Positions 9,510 to 19,673 of a stretch of 64,000 nt of DNA are shown here, in pieces. Made by a program: the position numbers and the translations under genes. Location of the stretch: NCBI GenBank assembly GCA_031416315.1, contig JANOTL010000146.1, positions 1-64,000 on the forward strand. Reading direction: 5' to 3'. Position 1 is the first letter of the stretch; the number at the start of each line of letters is the position of its first letter. The stretch is from Pseudomonadota bacterium. GTDB taxonomy: Bacteria; Bdellovibrionota_B; Oligoflexia; Oligoflexales; CAIYRB01. The notes below the pieces were generated by a model that worked only from the letters and a program-made list of their open reading frames with translations, was not told the DNA's origin and searched no databases.

Positions 9510-11161
9510 GGGTTTCCTTCCAGTTTGAGCACGCCACCCGTGTTCAAGAACAAGTCTTTGGCCTGATCGCCGCCCCAGATGACGAGCTCGCGGCCCGTCC
9601 AGACGGCGCTGAAATGCTCGCGGGCGACCGGCGTGAAGCCGGCGATGGGGAGATAATCCCAACGGCCGTCGCCCGACGGGTAGTAGCGCGTCGAGCGGAT
9701 CAACTCGGAGTCGATGTCCGAATACGTGTCGACCGAGTTGACGCCGCCCCAGACGAGCATCGACGTGCCGGTCCACACCGCGGCGTGGCCGGCGCGACCC
9801 GCGGAGCCCAGATAGTTCGTCTCGTGCCAACGCCGCGTCGTCGGATCGAAGGCGGCGCCGTCGTCGAGGAAAGCGCGGCCGCCTTGGCCGCCCCAAACGA
9901 TCATGCGGCTTCCCGTCCAGATCGCGCTGTGGCGCCAACGCGTACGGAGGAGGCCGGGATCCGCGGGAAGATCGTCCCAGGTATCGGTCTCCGGATCGTA
10001 GATGCCGCCGTCGCCGCGCTCGTCGGTGCAGTACCAAGTCATTTCGCGGGCACAACCGCCGAAGACGAGCATCTTCGTCCCTGTCCATACCGCCGTGTGC
10101 TCGAACCGTGCCGACGGCGCGCCCGCGGCCCGGAGGAGACGCCAGGTGCCCAGGGCCGGATCGAACGCAGCGCCGGTGGCGAGGGCCGCGGGCTCCTGCG
10201 GACTCTGGAAGCCCGTCTCGCCGCCCCAGACGATCATTTCCTTACCCGTCCAGACGGCCGTGTGCCGCACGCGCGGCGCAAAGCCCACGGGCGGGGAGGG
10301 GAGTCGCGTCCAGTCGCCTCGGGAAGGTGCGTAACGCGCGCCGTCCGCGAACGACTCCAAGCAGGCCAGGTCGTCCCCGCGGCAACCGCCGAAGACCAGC
10401 ATCTCGCTTCCCGTCCATACGGCGGTATGCCGCGCGCGGGGCGCGAGCTCCTCGCCGGCCGGAGGTAGAGCCGTCCAAGTTTTCGCCGCGAGGTCGTACG
10501 TCGCGCCGTCGTTGAAGTAGGTGCCGCACTCGACGACCGACCGCGGCGAGTCCGTGCAACCGCCGAAGACGATCATCGCGTCGCCCGTCCAGACGGCGGT
10601 GTGAAAGCCGCGGGCGCTCGGGGCGTCTTCACGGCGAACGAACTCCCACTGCGGCTTGCGGCGATCGATCGATCGTTGCCAGGCGTCCAAGACAGCGATC
10701 GCGAGTTGGTTCGCGAAGCGTTCGCCGGCGGTGTCGGAGGCGACGCCGAAATGGTGCGCCGCCTCGTGGAGCACCAGCTCAATCTGCAACTCGGCGGTCG
10801 TGTGCGTCTTCAGACAAGTTTTCTTGAAAAAGCGGACGACCCGCGGGCTTTCGCCGGGGATGTTGGTAAAAGCACAGTTCTCCGGCTCGTCTTCGTAGTT
10901 CCACTGGAGCTCGAGACCGCGGATGTCGGTGGCAAGCGCCTCGCGCCGCGCGAGAAACCAGTCGACGAGCTCCGTCGCCGTGCTTTCCGGGAAGTGATCG
11001 GCCCGCGTCACGGCCAGGACCGCGAGCGCCGCATTGAGCCGCGCCTCCTCGATCTGGATACGGTAGCCGTCACCACCGTCACCGACGGCGCTGCCGCCGC
11101 CCTCACGGGCTTGCGCGGTCCACGCAAAAAACAGCATCACCAAGCTACTGAATCGACGCAT
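9506..11161 (-). CDS. Secreted protein: HExxH-containing domain plus Kelch-type propeller
   Basis: Signal peptide (AQA-R); GGGSAVGDGG; LHEAAHH; six R..H.AVWTG..M.V[FW]GG-type repeats. Confidence 0.85.
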   Translation of the reverse strand: MRRFSSLVMLFFAWTAQAREGGGSAVGDGGDGYRIQIEEARLNAALAVLAVTRADHFPESTATELVDWFLARREALATDIRGLELQWNYEDEPENCAFTNIPGESPRVVRFFKKTCLKTHTTAELQIELVLHEAAHHFGVASDTAGERFANQLAIAVLDAWQRSIDRRKPQWEFVRREDAPSARGFHTAVWTGDAMIVFGGCTDSPRSVVECGTYFNDGATYDLAAKTWTALPPAGEELAPRARHTAVWTGSEMLVFGGCRGDDLACLESFADGARYAPSRGDWTRLPSPPVGFAPRVRHTAVWTGKEMIVWGGETGFQSPQEPAALATGAAFDPALGTWRLLRAAGAPSARFEHTAVWTGTKMLVFGGCAREMTWYCTDERGDGGIYDPETDTWDDLPADPGLLRTRWRHSAIWTGSRMIVWGGQGGRAFLDDGAAFDPTTRRWHETNYLGSAGRAGHAAVWTGTSMLVWGGVNSVDTYSDIDSELIRSTRYYPSGDGRWDYLPIAGFTPVAREHFSAVWTGRELVIWGGDQAKDLFLNTGGVLKLEGNP

Positions 11162-12008
11162 CTGCTTCTTTCCTTCCCGATGGCGCCAGTCGGAAAAACT
11201 GCGCCGAAAGACAGTACACCTCAGTCACGCCGCCCTGGGCGCCAGTCGCTTCGTCGAGGACCTGATTCTGGAACGTGCGCATCATGTCGCGCACCTTTGC
11301 AACCTGCTCCGGTCGCACCGGCATGAACACGGACCGCATCGTGCGCTCGCTCATGCTCTGGCAATCGAGCGCTTCCTGCGCCTTGCCGAGAACGCTGCGA
11401 TGAAAAGAGCGCACCGCGCTCGACGGCACGGGGCTGTCGACTTGCCGTCGGTTCGTGACCGCGACGAGCCCGCGCGCCGCATCTTCGCGGAGCGCCCCGA
11501 CCCGCAAGAGCCGTTCGACCGCCGCCGAGGCCTCCTCCGCGGAGATCCCGAGCATCGCCGCGATCCAGGCCGGATCTGCCCGAAATGATTCAATAAACGT
11601 CAGCTCCACCAGGGCGAGGTGGTGCCATTCCGCGATCATCGCGAAGGCGTCCGCCTGCATCTGGGTGAAGAGAGTCGCAGAGCGCCACGCCGCAAGCCGC
11701 CGGGACGCGACTTTCCGCGCCGCAGGCGAGCGCCCATGCTCCGACTCGACCAGGTCGCAGAAAAACTCCGTCCGCGTCGGATCGAGCTTCAGGGCGGCCG
11801 CGATCTTCCGCGCCGACAAAGCCGACAAGCCTTGCTTCCGCGAAGGGTCCAAAGTCTCCGACAAGCGCGCAGGCGACAGCTCGAGATCGCGCGCGAACGA
11901 CCGTAACGAGTAGCGCGGATTGCGCCGCTTCCGCAGCTCCAATGCCGCGGCGAGCACGTCGCGGAAACTCGCCGCCTTGGCGAAGACCGTATGCAACGAC
12001 TCCGTCAC
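11145..12008 (-). CDS. TIGR02147/DUF4423-like HTH protein
   Basis: GTG start coupled to the upstream stop; RRNPRYSLRSFARDL, I.EWHH, A.ERLLRVG, RSFH, ERT and VYCLSAQFF pattern. Confidence 0.85.
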   Translation of the reverse strand: MTESLHTVFAKAASFRDVLAAALELRKRRNPRYSLRSFARDLELSPARLSETLDPSRKQGLSALSARKIAAALKLDPTRTEFFCDLVESEHGRSPAARKVASRRLAAWRSATLFTQMQADAFAMIAEWHHLALVELTFIESFRADPAWIAAMLGISAEEASAAVERLLRVGALREDAARGLVAVTNRRQVDSPVPSSAVRSFHRSVLGKAQEALDCQSMSERTMRSVFMPVRPEQVAKVRDMMRTFQNQVLDEATGAQGGVTEVYCLSAQFFRLAPSGRKEADASIQ

Positions 12009-12955
12009 GGAACACTCCTTTGAGGCCGCGGAGTCGTGCTCCAAACACGGATGGTCCGATCGACGCTCGCGCTCATCACCCGCGCGCCGTCGGCCGATGT
12101 GGCCAGCGCGACGATCGCGTCGGAATGGCCGCTCAGCCGGTAGCGCTCCTCTCCCGTTGCGAGGTCCCATGCGATGATGAACCCATCCTCGCCCGCGGCC
12201 AGCACGAGATCCAGGCCCGGCGCGAAGCTCACGGCATTGAATTCGTAGCGCCCGGCGCTGAAACGGCGCAAAAGGCGCCCGGTCGCGACCTCCCATAGGT
12301 AGACCTCGGCCCAGCCGGGCGCGAGTAGGTAGCGCTGATCCGGCGAGATCGCGAACGTCGTGATTTGGCGACCGGACGCCTGCATCGTGCGCAAGAGCTC
12401 CCCGCTCGTCAGGTCGAAGATGCGAGCGTTGCCGTCGCGGTTACCGCCGATCACGACGAATCGACCCTCGCCTGCGACGGCGAGCGACCGCACGTACTGC
12501 CCGGGGAGATCGTAGCGGACGAGCGCCTGCCCGTTCGCCACGTCCCAGAGCGTCGCGCCGTCCTTGCCGCCGATCACCGCGAGACGCCCGTCCGGCGTCA
12601 GCGCCGCGCGTTGGCAGCAAAAATCGCCGTCACGATACGTGCGCTCGACGTCACCCGTCTCCAAATTTACGAGCTCCGCCGGCCCGTCGGAGATGCCGAC
12701 GAGCGCATGGCGGCCGTTGGGCGTCAGCGCCACGTCGCTCACGAAGACGTGTTCGTCGTGCACGCGAATCGTGCGCGTCAGCCGCCCCGTCGCCAGCTCG
12801 AAAATCCGCAGCGACGAGTCGTCGTCCGCGGCGAGCGCGAAGCCGTCGTCCGGCGGCAGGAACTGCAGGTCGAAAACCCGCACGCCGCGCGGCAACACGA
12901 TCGTTTGGATCGGCGCAACCGTCGACAACATCAGCGCTATTTTCAAGATGGACAC
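12005..12955 (-). CDS. WD40-repeat protein, probably exported
   Basis: About 7 WD40 repeats (GHSDAI…SASVDRTIRVW); short hydrophobic N-terminus. Confidence 0.85.
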   Translation of the reverse strand: MSILKIALMLSTVAPIQTIVLPRGVRVFDLQFLPPDDGFALAADDDSSLRIFELATGRLTRTIRVHDEHVFVSDVALTPNGRHALVGISDGPAELVNLETGDVERTYRDGDFCCQRAALTPDGRLAVIGGKDGATLWDVANGQALVRYDLPGQYVRSLAVAGEGRFVVIGGNRDGNARIFDLTSGELLRTMQASGRQITTFAISPDQRYLLAPGWAEVYLWEVATGRLLRRFSAGRYEFNAVSFAPGLDLVLAAGEDGFIIAWDLATGEERYRLSGHSDAIVALATSADGARVMSASVDRTIRVWSTTPRPQRSVP

Positions 12956-13007
12956 GAAACCGCCTGCTGCTCTACTCCTAAGCAGCCCTTAACATGGAAG
13001 CCGGCCC

Positions 13008-13373
13008 ATGGTCCTCGGACTTCTCGCAGTTTCTTGGCTCGTCCACTGCTCGACGGTGGCGACGTTCGACCGCGTCGGCGAGGGCTTCATCGCGCGCGAT
13101 TACCTCGAAGAGCAGACGAGCGAGATCGTCGACGGCGGCATCCTGACGCGCTCTTTGAAGTACGAGGAGTTCACTCCGGAGATTGCTACCGGCGACGACT
13201 TCCCGTTAGGCCGCATCTTCGGGCGCAAGACGCGCTTCAGCGAGACCGATTCCGGAGAGCTGCGCATCCTCCGCCCCGAGCAGCACGGCCTCTACACCCA
13301 TCTCGGGACCTACACGCGCTTTCGTAGCTTCGGCGAAGAGACGGTCGACGTCTTCTGCCGCGGCTTCCGCTGA
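13008..13373 (+). CDS. Small hypothetical (lipo)protein
   Basis: 121 aa; hydrophobic N-terminus ending LVHC. Confidence 0.55.
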   Translation: MVLGLLAVSWLVHCSTVATFDRVGEGFIARDYLEEQTSEIVDGGILTRSLKYEEFTPEIATGDDFPLGRIFGRKTRFSETDSGELRILRPEQHGLYTHLGTYTRFRSFGEETVDVFCRGFR

Positions 13374-13504
13374 ACCCGCTCTTGCCCGAACGCGGCCGAA
13401 CAGAACGCACCGGCAGCCGTTGACGCTCGCGACGCCGACGGCCTAGCCTGATCTTGCCCGGGCGTGCTTCCTCAAACCAAAGCTCAATGAGATCGGAGAC
13501 TCAC

Positions 13505-14489
<985 letters not shown>

Positions 14490-14503
<14 letters not shown>

Positions 14504-16457
14504 TCGGCAGGCAGCCGTCGAGGTCGAGCGCGTCGACGACCTTCTTCGCGCCCGTAACCGTCAAATGGTCGTCATCGACATAGAAGATACGACTCCCATC
14601 CGAAGAGTGACAGCGCTCGCCGTCACAAAGAACGTCCGCGATTCGCGGCGCGCACACACGCGGCCGCGTCGCGGCGATTCTTTCCAGGATGCGATGTATG
14701 GGCTCTAGGCGCCTGCGAACTGCGGCAGCTGGCATCGTGCAGCCTTTCGACCGATCGCGCGAGTCGAATAGCCAGCCGAATCGTAGCCGAGCAAGGTGGC
14801 AGTCGACGGCACCGAACGTCAACTCCGGCACGTCGCCAAGGAGAATGACCGCCTTCCCTGCGTCCTTGAGCGCATCGACGATCTTCGTCAGTCTTTGCTC
14901 CAAGAGCGCCTCAGCGGCAGGATCACAGCGCGAAGCGGTGACTGCGTTACAAATGAACGCCGACCACACCCCGACGAGCGCCACCGTCTCGACTTGCGGC
15001 GTTGCAAGCGCGTACGCCAGCATTCTGGCATTGAAGACCCGACATCCCGGGTCACGGTCGTCACCAATCCTGCAAGCAGGTCTCCCTTGTTGTTGGACGC
15101 CGAAGCCTTCCCTACGGCCAAGCTCGACGAATCCAGGCGCGATCGCGAGCGCATGCGAATCGCCCCACAAAAGCATCGATCGAGCCCGGTCGCCCGAAAT
15201 TTTGCATCGGGGGTCGAACTCTTTACTTTGCGTGCTCCAAATGCTCTCCATACACACGCTCGTCAACGGATTCCGGTCGCCTCCGTACGCAGCGATCGCC
15301 GCTTCTTTCTTGCCGAATCGTCCGCTCGCACCTGAAGTCGCGACAATCAGCACGCCCAAAACCGCCACGAACGCCGACGCGACGCCGTATCGCCCGAGCA
15401 CCGTGCTAGCCTTCTCAGGCTTCGCGGCTTTCGTCTGGTAAAATCTCTTCTCGATATGCTTCGTCGAAACGACGGCCACGAGAAATGCGCCGAGTACTGC
15501 GAACATTCGTTCGCCAAACGTCGCGCCACCGAGCGGCAGCAGCGTGCGCATCGCGAATGCCAAAGCAGGCGCATGCCAGAGGTAGAGCGAGTACGAGATG
15601 TCACCCAAATAAACGAAAGCGCGATTCTCCAAGAGATGCGATGCAAAACGCCCCCCGCTTGCGCCACGAATGATCAAGGCCGCTCCAGCCACTGCGAGCA
15701 CTTGCTCGAGGCGCCAAGGGAGCGCGAGGGGGGCGCATGCCGCGGCGACGATGGCGAGAAACCCTACGACAGACAGGACTTCCCCACGTCGCGTGAACCC
15801 GGCTCTCGCAGGCGAGAAGGCGAGGAAGCTCCCCACCATCAGCTCCCAAGCTCGCCCGGGCAAAAGAAAAAACGCGGCCTGCGCGTGTCGCATCCCGAGC
15901 GCCACCCACACGGCCAAGCTGATGACGAAGAGCACGACAGCGAGGCGCCGACCGCTCCAGCCACGGCGGAAGGCCGCATAAAGCATGCAGGGCCACAGGC
16001 AGTAAAATTGCTCCTCGACGGCGAGAGACCAAGTCATCAGCAACGGCTTGAACTCCGAGCCAACCTCGAAGTATCCGGTCTCACGGTAGAACGACAGATT
16101 CGACGAGAACAGCGTCGCGGCGACGGTGTGCTTCCCCAAGGCGCGGTAGGCCTCCGTCGGCAGCACCAGCCAGCCGAAGCCCAAGCAGGCGACGAGCACG
16201 ACAAGGAGCGCCGGCAAAAGGCGGCGCGCCCGTCGCACGTAAAAGTTGCCGAAGGAAAACGTTCCCGCATCCATCTCCCGGCGCAGGAGCCGGGTGATCA
16301 GGAACCCGGAGATGACGAAGAAGACGTCGACACCGACGAAGCCTTTCCCAAAGAAAGGCACCTTCGCGTGAAACGCGACGACCAGAAGAATCGCGAGCCC
16401 ACGCAAGCCTTGGATATCTTTGCGAAATCCGTCCGCCCGCAAGCTCACAAGCGCCAC
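14490..16457 (-). CDS. OafA-like O-acyltransferase (acyltransferase_3 plus SGNH domain)
   Basis: [60 protein letters not shown] and DDDH. Confidence 0.92.
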
Positions 16458-16460
16458 CCC

Positions 16461-16639
16461 TTAAAGAGCCTTGAGGTAGGCCTCGACGCTCTGCCGTTCC
16501 GGCGCGCTCAAGAGCAGCTTGCTTGCGTCTGCAAGCCGCTTCATCTCGTCGAAGTACAAGGCCGTGCTCTCGGTCACGATCTCCTCGAAACGTTGGAACA
16601 AAGCTTCGGCGATCTTGCCGAAGAACTGGAAGCGGAAGT
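16461..16639 (-). repeat. Direct repeat A, copy 1: orphan copy of the last 179 bp of the dynamin-like gene
   Basis: Matches 19495-19673 with 3 substitutions; includes the TAA stop. Confidence 0.95.
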
Positions 16640-16655
16640 AAGCGTTTAGACGCAT
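16461..16655 (-). CDS. Possible 64-aa mini-ORF built on the duplicated dynamin C-terminus (or a gene remnant)
   Basis: GGGGAGGG 6 nt before the ATG; in frame with the duplicated segment. Confidence 0.4.
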   Translation of the reverse strand: MRLNAYFRFQFFGKIAEALFQRFEEIVTESTALYFDEMKRLADASKLLLSAPERQSVEAYLKAL

Positions 16656-16746
16656 TCGATTCCCTCCCCTTTCGCCAAACTTCTTCCTGCCCCAGCCGAG
16701 GGCGGAGTGCCGCCGAATGCCTTGTAGCGGACCTCGCTAAACGCAA

Positions 16747-19134
16747 TCACGGCCGATAAAACAAGCCCAAGTTCCCAACCGTAGCGCTCGGGAAGATCGG
16801 GGAACTGAAATCGATCGTCTGGCGAACCGGCGTGACGAAGTGAGGACAAGGGTCGACCTCAGGCCAAACGCAGAAGCCCGGGATGGTACGAAAGTTGTCT
16901 ACAGTCAGCGTATCGGTTACGTCAATCATCGAGTCGCTGGCGTCTGCCGCAAAGCCGTATTTCTGAGCAGCGCCAAAGGCTTGCGCGGCCGTCGCGTTGA
17001 TGCGGCCCTTTCGGACGGCATGAAAGCCGTAGTGCAAGTTGTCCCATGCTCGGGCGTTGGGCGTGTACATCGAAGCGTCGAAGAACGCCTGGTAGCCGAT
17101 GAAGTTGTTCCACGACATTCCTCTGACTGCCGTCAGGGTGCTGCCATGACGAGCCATGAATCCATAGCCAGCGCCAATGTGGCCAAGCTGATAGACGTTG
17201 GGCGAGCTCGGATTCGAATCCGCGAGGACATGAGTGGGCGTGCCGTCATTGTACCGATTGAAGTGCCCGTGCGCTTTGGCATCGGTAGTGTCGATGTCAG
17301 CTCCAGAGTTGGCCATGAACCCGCCGAGAAGGTTGTCATGGGCGACGGAGTTATAGGCCCGGATGATGCTTCGACCAGCTCCGGTCACAGCGAGCGACTC
17401 TCTGATCACACATTCGTTGAATAGTTCTGCGGTTCTTGCCGGCTCGGCACTCGCTTCCTTGGCACAAAGCGGGAAGCCCGTATCGCCCGCATGATTTAGC
17501 GTTTCCGCGACGTAGCCGAAGCCAAGACCTCGAGCCACGTCGGACGTAAAGCGCGAGACCGTGTGGTCGAGGTGAAGTTTCCCGCCGAAATAGGCGAAGA
17601 ATCCGGCGTCACCGGCTTCGGTGACCGTCACCTGATACGCGAAGCCGGTTGCCTGCTCCTCGGCCGCCATACCGTAGTAGAAGTTGTCGATGCCGACATG
17701 CTCCGCGTGGATGTGACTGCCGGCGAACCTCGACACGAGACCCTTTTGCCACTGCAACCGAACGCTACCCGCAGGCCAGGCTTCGGCCGGCAAGTGGGTG
17801 ACGGTGCGGCGCGGCTCCGAAAGCGGCTTTTCCCAGCCGGAGTAGCCACCCCGAATCGTCAGATTGCGCACGATAATCGCACCGGGCCGATCGGCATAGA
17901 CGGCGAAACCGGCACACGCCTCGAGCCCATTGACGCTATAGTCCAAGGTCGTCTTGTCTCGTCCTGCACCTTCGAGGACGATCATATTCGCGTAACCGTC
18001 GCCAGCGGTGAACGCGGTGCAGTCGCCCTGCGCCATCGAATGACTTCCAGAGCCGAAGAGGACGACGCGTGTGCGACCGGCGGACGTATCGATCTCGCGC
18101 GCGCATCTCGGTTCACCGCTGCACAAAAGTCGCGCGGCGGCGATCGCCGCGTTGGCACGGACCAAATACGCGCTCCGAACTTCGTCGGAGAAGATCGATT
18201 TGTCGGCGGGCATCTGAGGAACCGCGATCGGAACTGCCGGGCTCGGCGGTGTTTCCGGAAGGCCTTGCGTCGTCGGCGTGACCGGCACTTCGTCGGTAGG
18301 CGCAGCTGCCGAAGCGACGTCGTCGAGACCATACCAGTAGTCCTTGAGGCTCGTGCCGTCGGCGACGACGTAATCGACTTTCGTCTGACTCGTCCGGTCG
18401 TAGAATTGGACGGTAATCTGGGGAAACGGTATCCCGCTGCAACTAATGACGTCGTGGCCCCGATCCAAATGGTTCGCCTTAATTGCGGCATACTCGGCAG
18501 GGAGCTTCTCGCTAATGAGAGCAAGCACACGCGTGTAATCGTCTCTGTCCCTGCGTATGTCGCAGCGCGTCAATCCGACGAGCTCGACCTCGGCCGGATG
18601 GCTCGACGGGGAGACATCACTGAGCGTCTTGCTCTCCCCCGGCTCGAGTGCGAAAGGGAACGCGACGTCGACCGAGTTGCTCGAGTCGAACGCGAGACGC
18701 TTCAAGCCATTGGCAAACCCGGCCGCGGACACCGATATCTCGTAATCTTGTCCGGCCTGGATCATCACCGTGAAGACGTTCGATCGCGCATTCTTTTTGA
18801 CGATTTTGTGCAGGACCGTGCGCTTCTTCGATTTGGCGTCGCCATCAAGACGCTGTACGCGCACTTCGGCGCCGACGACTGGTTCATCTTTGGCGCTGAG
18901 GACGGTGACGACGAAGCGGGAGGTCTTGACCGGGTTGCCGACGTCCTCGAACCGAAGATCTCCCGGGAAAAGAAGGAATCCGCGCGCGGTCAGCTCTACC
19001 TCTGGATCGTCGGCTACCTCCGGCCCGTCCTTGCGCTTGGACGCGCCCGACTCGGCCGCCTTTCCGCAACCGACCGCGCTAAGACCGAAAATCGTGGCCA
19101 AAATGAGCGGCCGCATCGCCATTCGCATAGACAT
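16747..19134 (-). CDS. Lipoprotein with an N-terminal Ig-like region and a C-terminal pectin-lyase-like beta-helix
   Basis: AVGC lipobox; IVLEGAGRDKTTL, IIVRNLTIRG and repeated GF.A..G(S/G).(I/L).A..N coils. Confidence 0.7.
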   Translation of the reverse strand: MSMRMAMRPLILATIFGLSAVGCGKAAESGASKRKDGPEVADDPEVELTARGFLLFPGDLRFEDVGNPVKTSRFVVTVLSAKDEPVVGAEVRVQRLDGDAKSKKRTVLHKIVKKNARSNVFTVMIQAGQDYEISVSAAGFANGLKRLAFDSSNSVDVAFPFALEPGESKTLSDVSPSSHPAEVELVGLTRCDIRRDRDDYTRVLALISEKLPAEYAAIKANHLDRGHDVISCSGIPFPQITVQFYDRTSQTKVDYVVADGTSLKDYWYGLDDVASAAAPTDEVPVTPTTQGLPETPPSPAVPIAVPQMPADKSIFSDEVRSAYLVRANAAIAAARLLCSGEPRCAREIDTSAGRTRVVLFGSGSHSMAQGDCTAFTAGDGYANMIVLEGAGRDKTTLDYSVNGLEACAGFAVYADRPGAIIVRNLTIRGGYSGWEKPLSEPRRTVTHLPAEAWPAGSVRLQWQKGLVSRFAGSHIHAEHVGIDNFYYGMAAEEQATGFAYQVTVTEAGDAGFFAYFGGKLHLDHTVSRFTSDVARGLGFGYVAETLNHAGDTGFPLCAKEASAEPARTAELFNECVIRESLAVTGAGRSIIRAYNSVAHDNLLGGFMANSGADIDTTDAKAHGHFNRYNDGTPTHVLADSNPSSPNVYQLGHIGAGYGFMARHGSTLTAVRGMSWNNFIGYQAFFDASMYTPNARAWDNLHYGFHAVRKGRINATAAQAFGAAQKYGFAADASDSMIDVTDTLTVDNFRTIPGFCVWPEVDPCPHFVTPVRQTIDFSSPIFPSATVGNLGLFYRP

Positions 19135-19206
19135 GACTCACTTGGGTGTAAGGTTTCAGTGCTGATCGGTAAAGACGTCCAGGCACATAACCGCAAGACA
19201 TAACAT

Positions 19207-19220
19207 TCTGAATTTTCAGA
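19207..19220. promoter_or_regulatory. Palindromic candidate operator upstream of the beta-helix gene
   Basis: TCTGAA-TT-TTCAGA inside an AT-rich patch, about 75 bp upstream of the start. Confidence 0.35.
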
Positions 19221-19494
19221 TAATTTTTGTTCGCGCCGAGCCCTGCCTCAGGTGGACTGTCACGCCCTGCTGCGCTCGGACAATCCACGGTCGATCACCA
19301 CGCCTCGTTCGGTTGGTCAGATGCCGTCAGGCCATGCGACGTAGGTGAGCTGTGTCGTATAGCGCGAAAAGCGACGCCTACATCCCTTGCAGCGGAAGCG
19401 CTGAGCCTCGGGCGAGCGCCCGGCTTTGCTGCGGAAAACGCCCGACTTCACGACCTGGCGCCTGACAGAATGGGCTCCAGCCTAGTCGACCAGT

Positions 19495-19673
19495 TTAAAG
19501 AGCCTTGAGGTAAGCCTCGACGCTCTGCCGTTCCGGCGCGCTCAAGAGCAACTTGCTTGCGTCTGCAAGCCGCTTCATCTCGTCGAAGTACAAGGCCGTG
19601 CTCTCGGTCACGACCTCCTCGAAACGTTGGAACAAAGCTTCGGCGATCTTGCCGAAGAACTGGAAGCGGAAGT
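19495..19673 (-). repeat. Direct repeat A, copy 2: current 3' end of the dynamin-like gene
   Basis: Matches 16461-16639 with 3 substitutions. Confidence 0.95.

Larger units (their letters stand above)
16640..19494. mobile_element. Putative inserted cassette 1, bounded by direct repeat A, no mobility gene
   Basis: Flanking 179-bp repeats; single cargo gene with visibly more A/T-ending codons. Confidence 0.6.
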
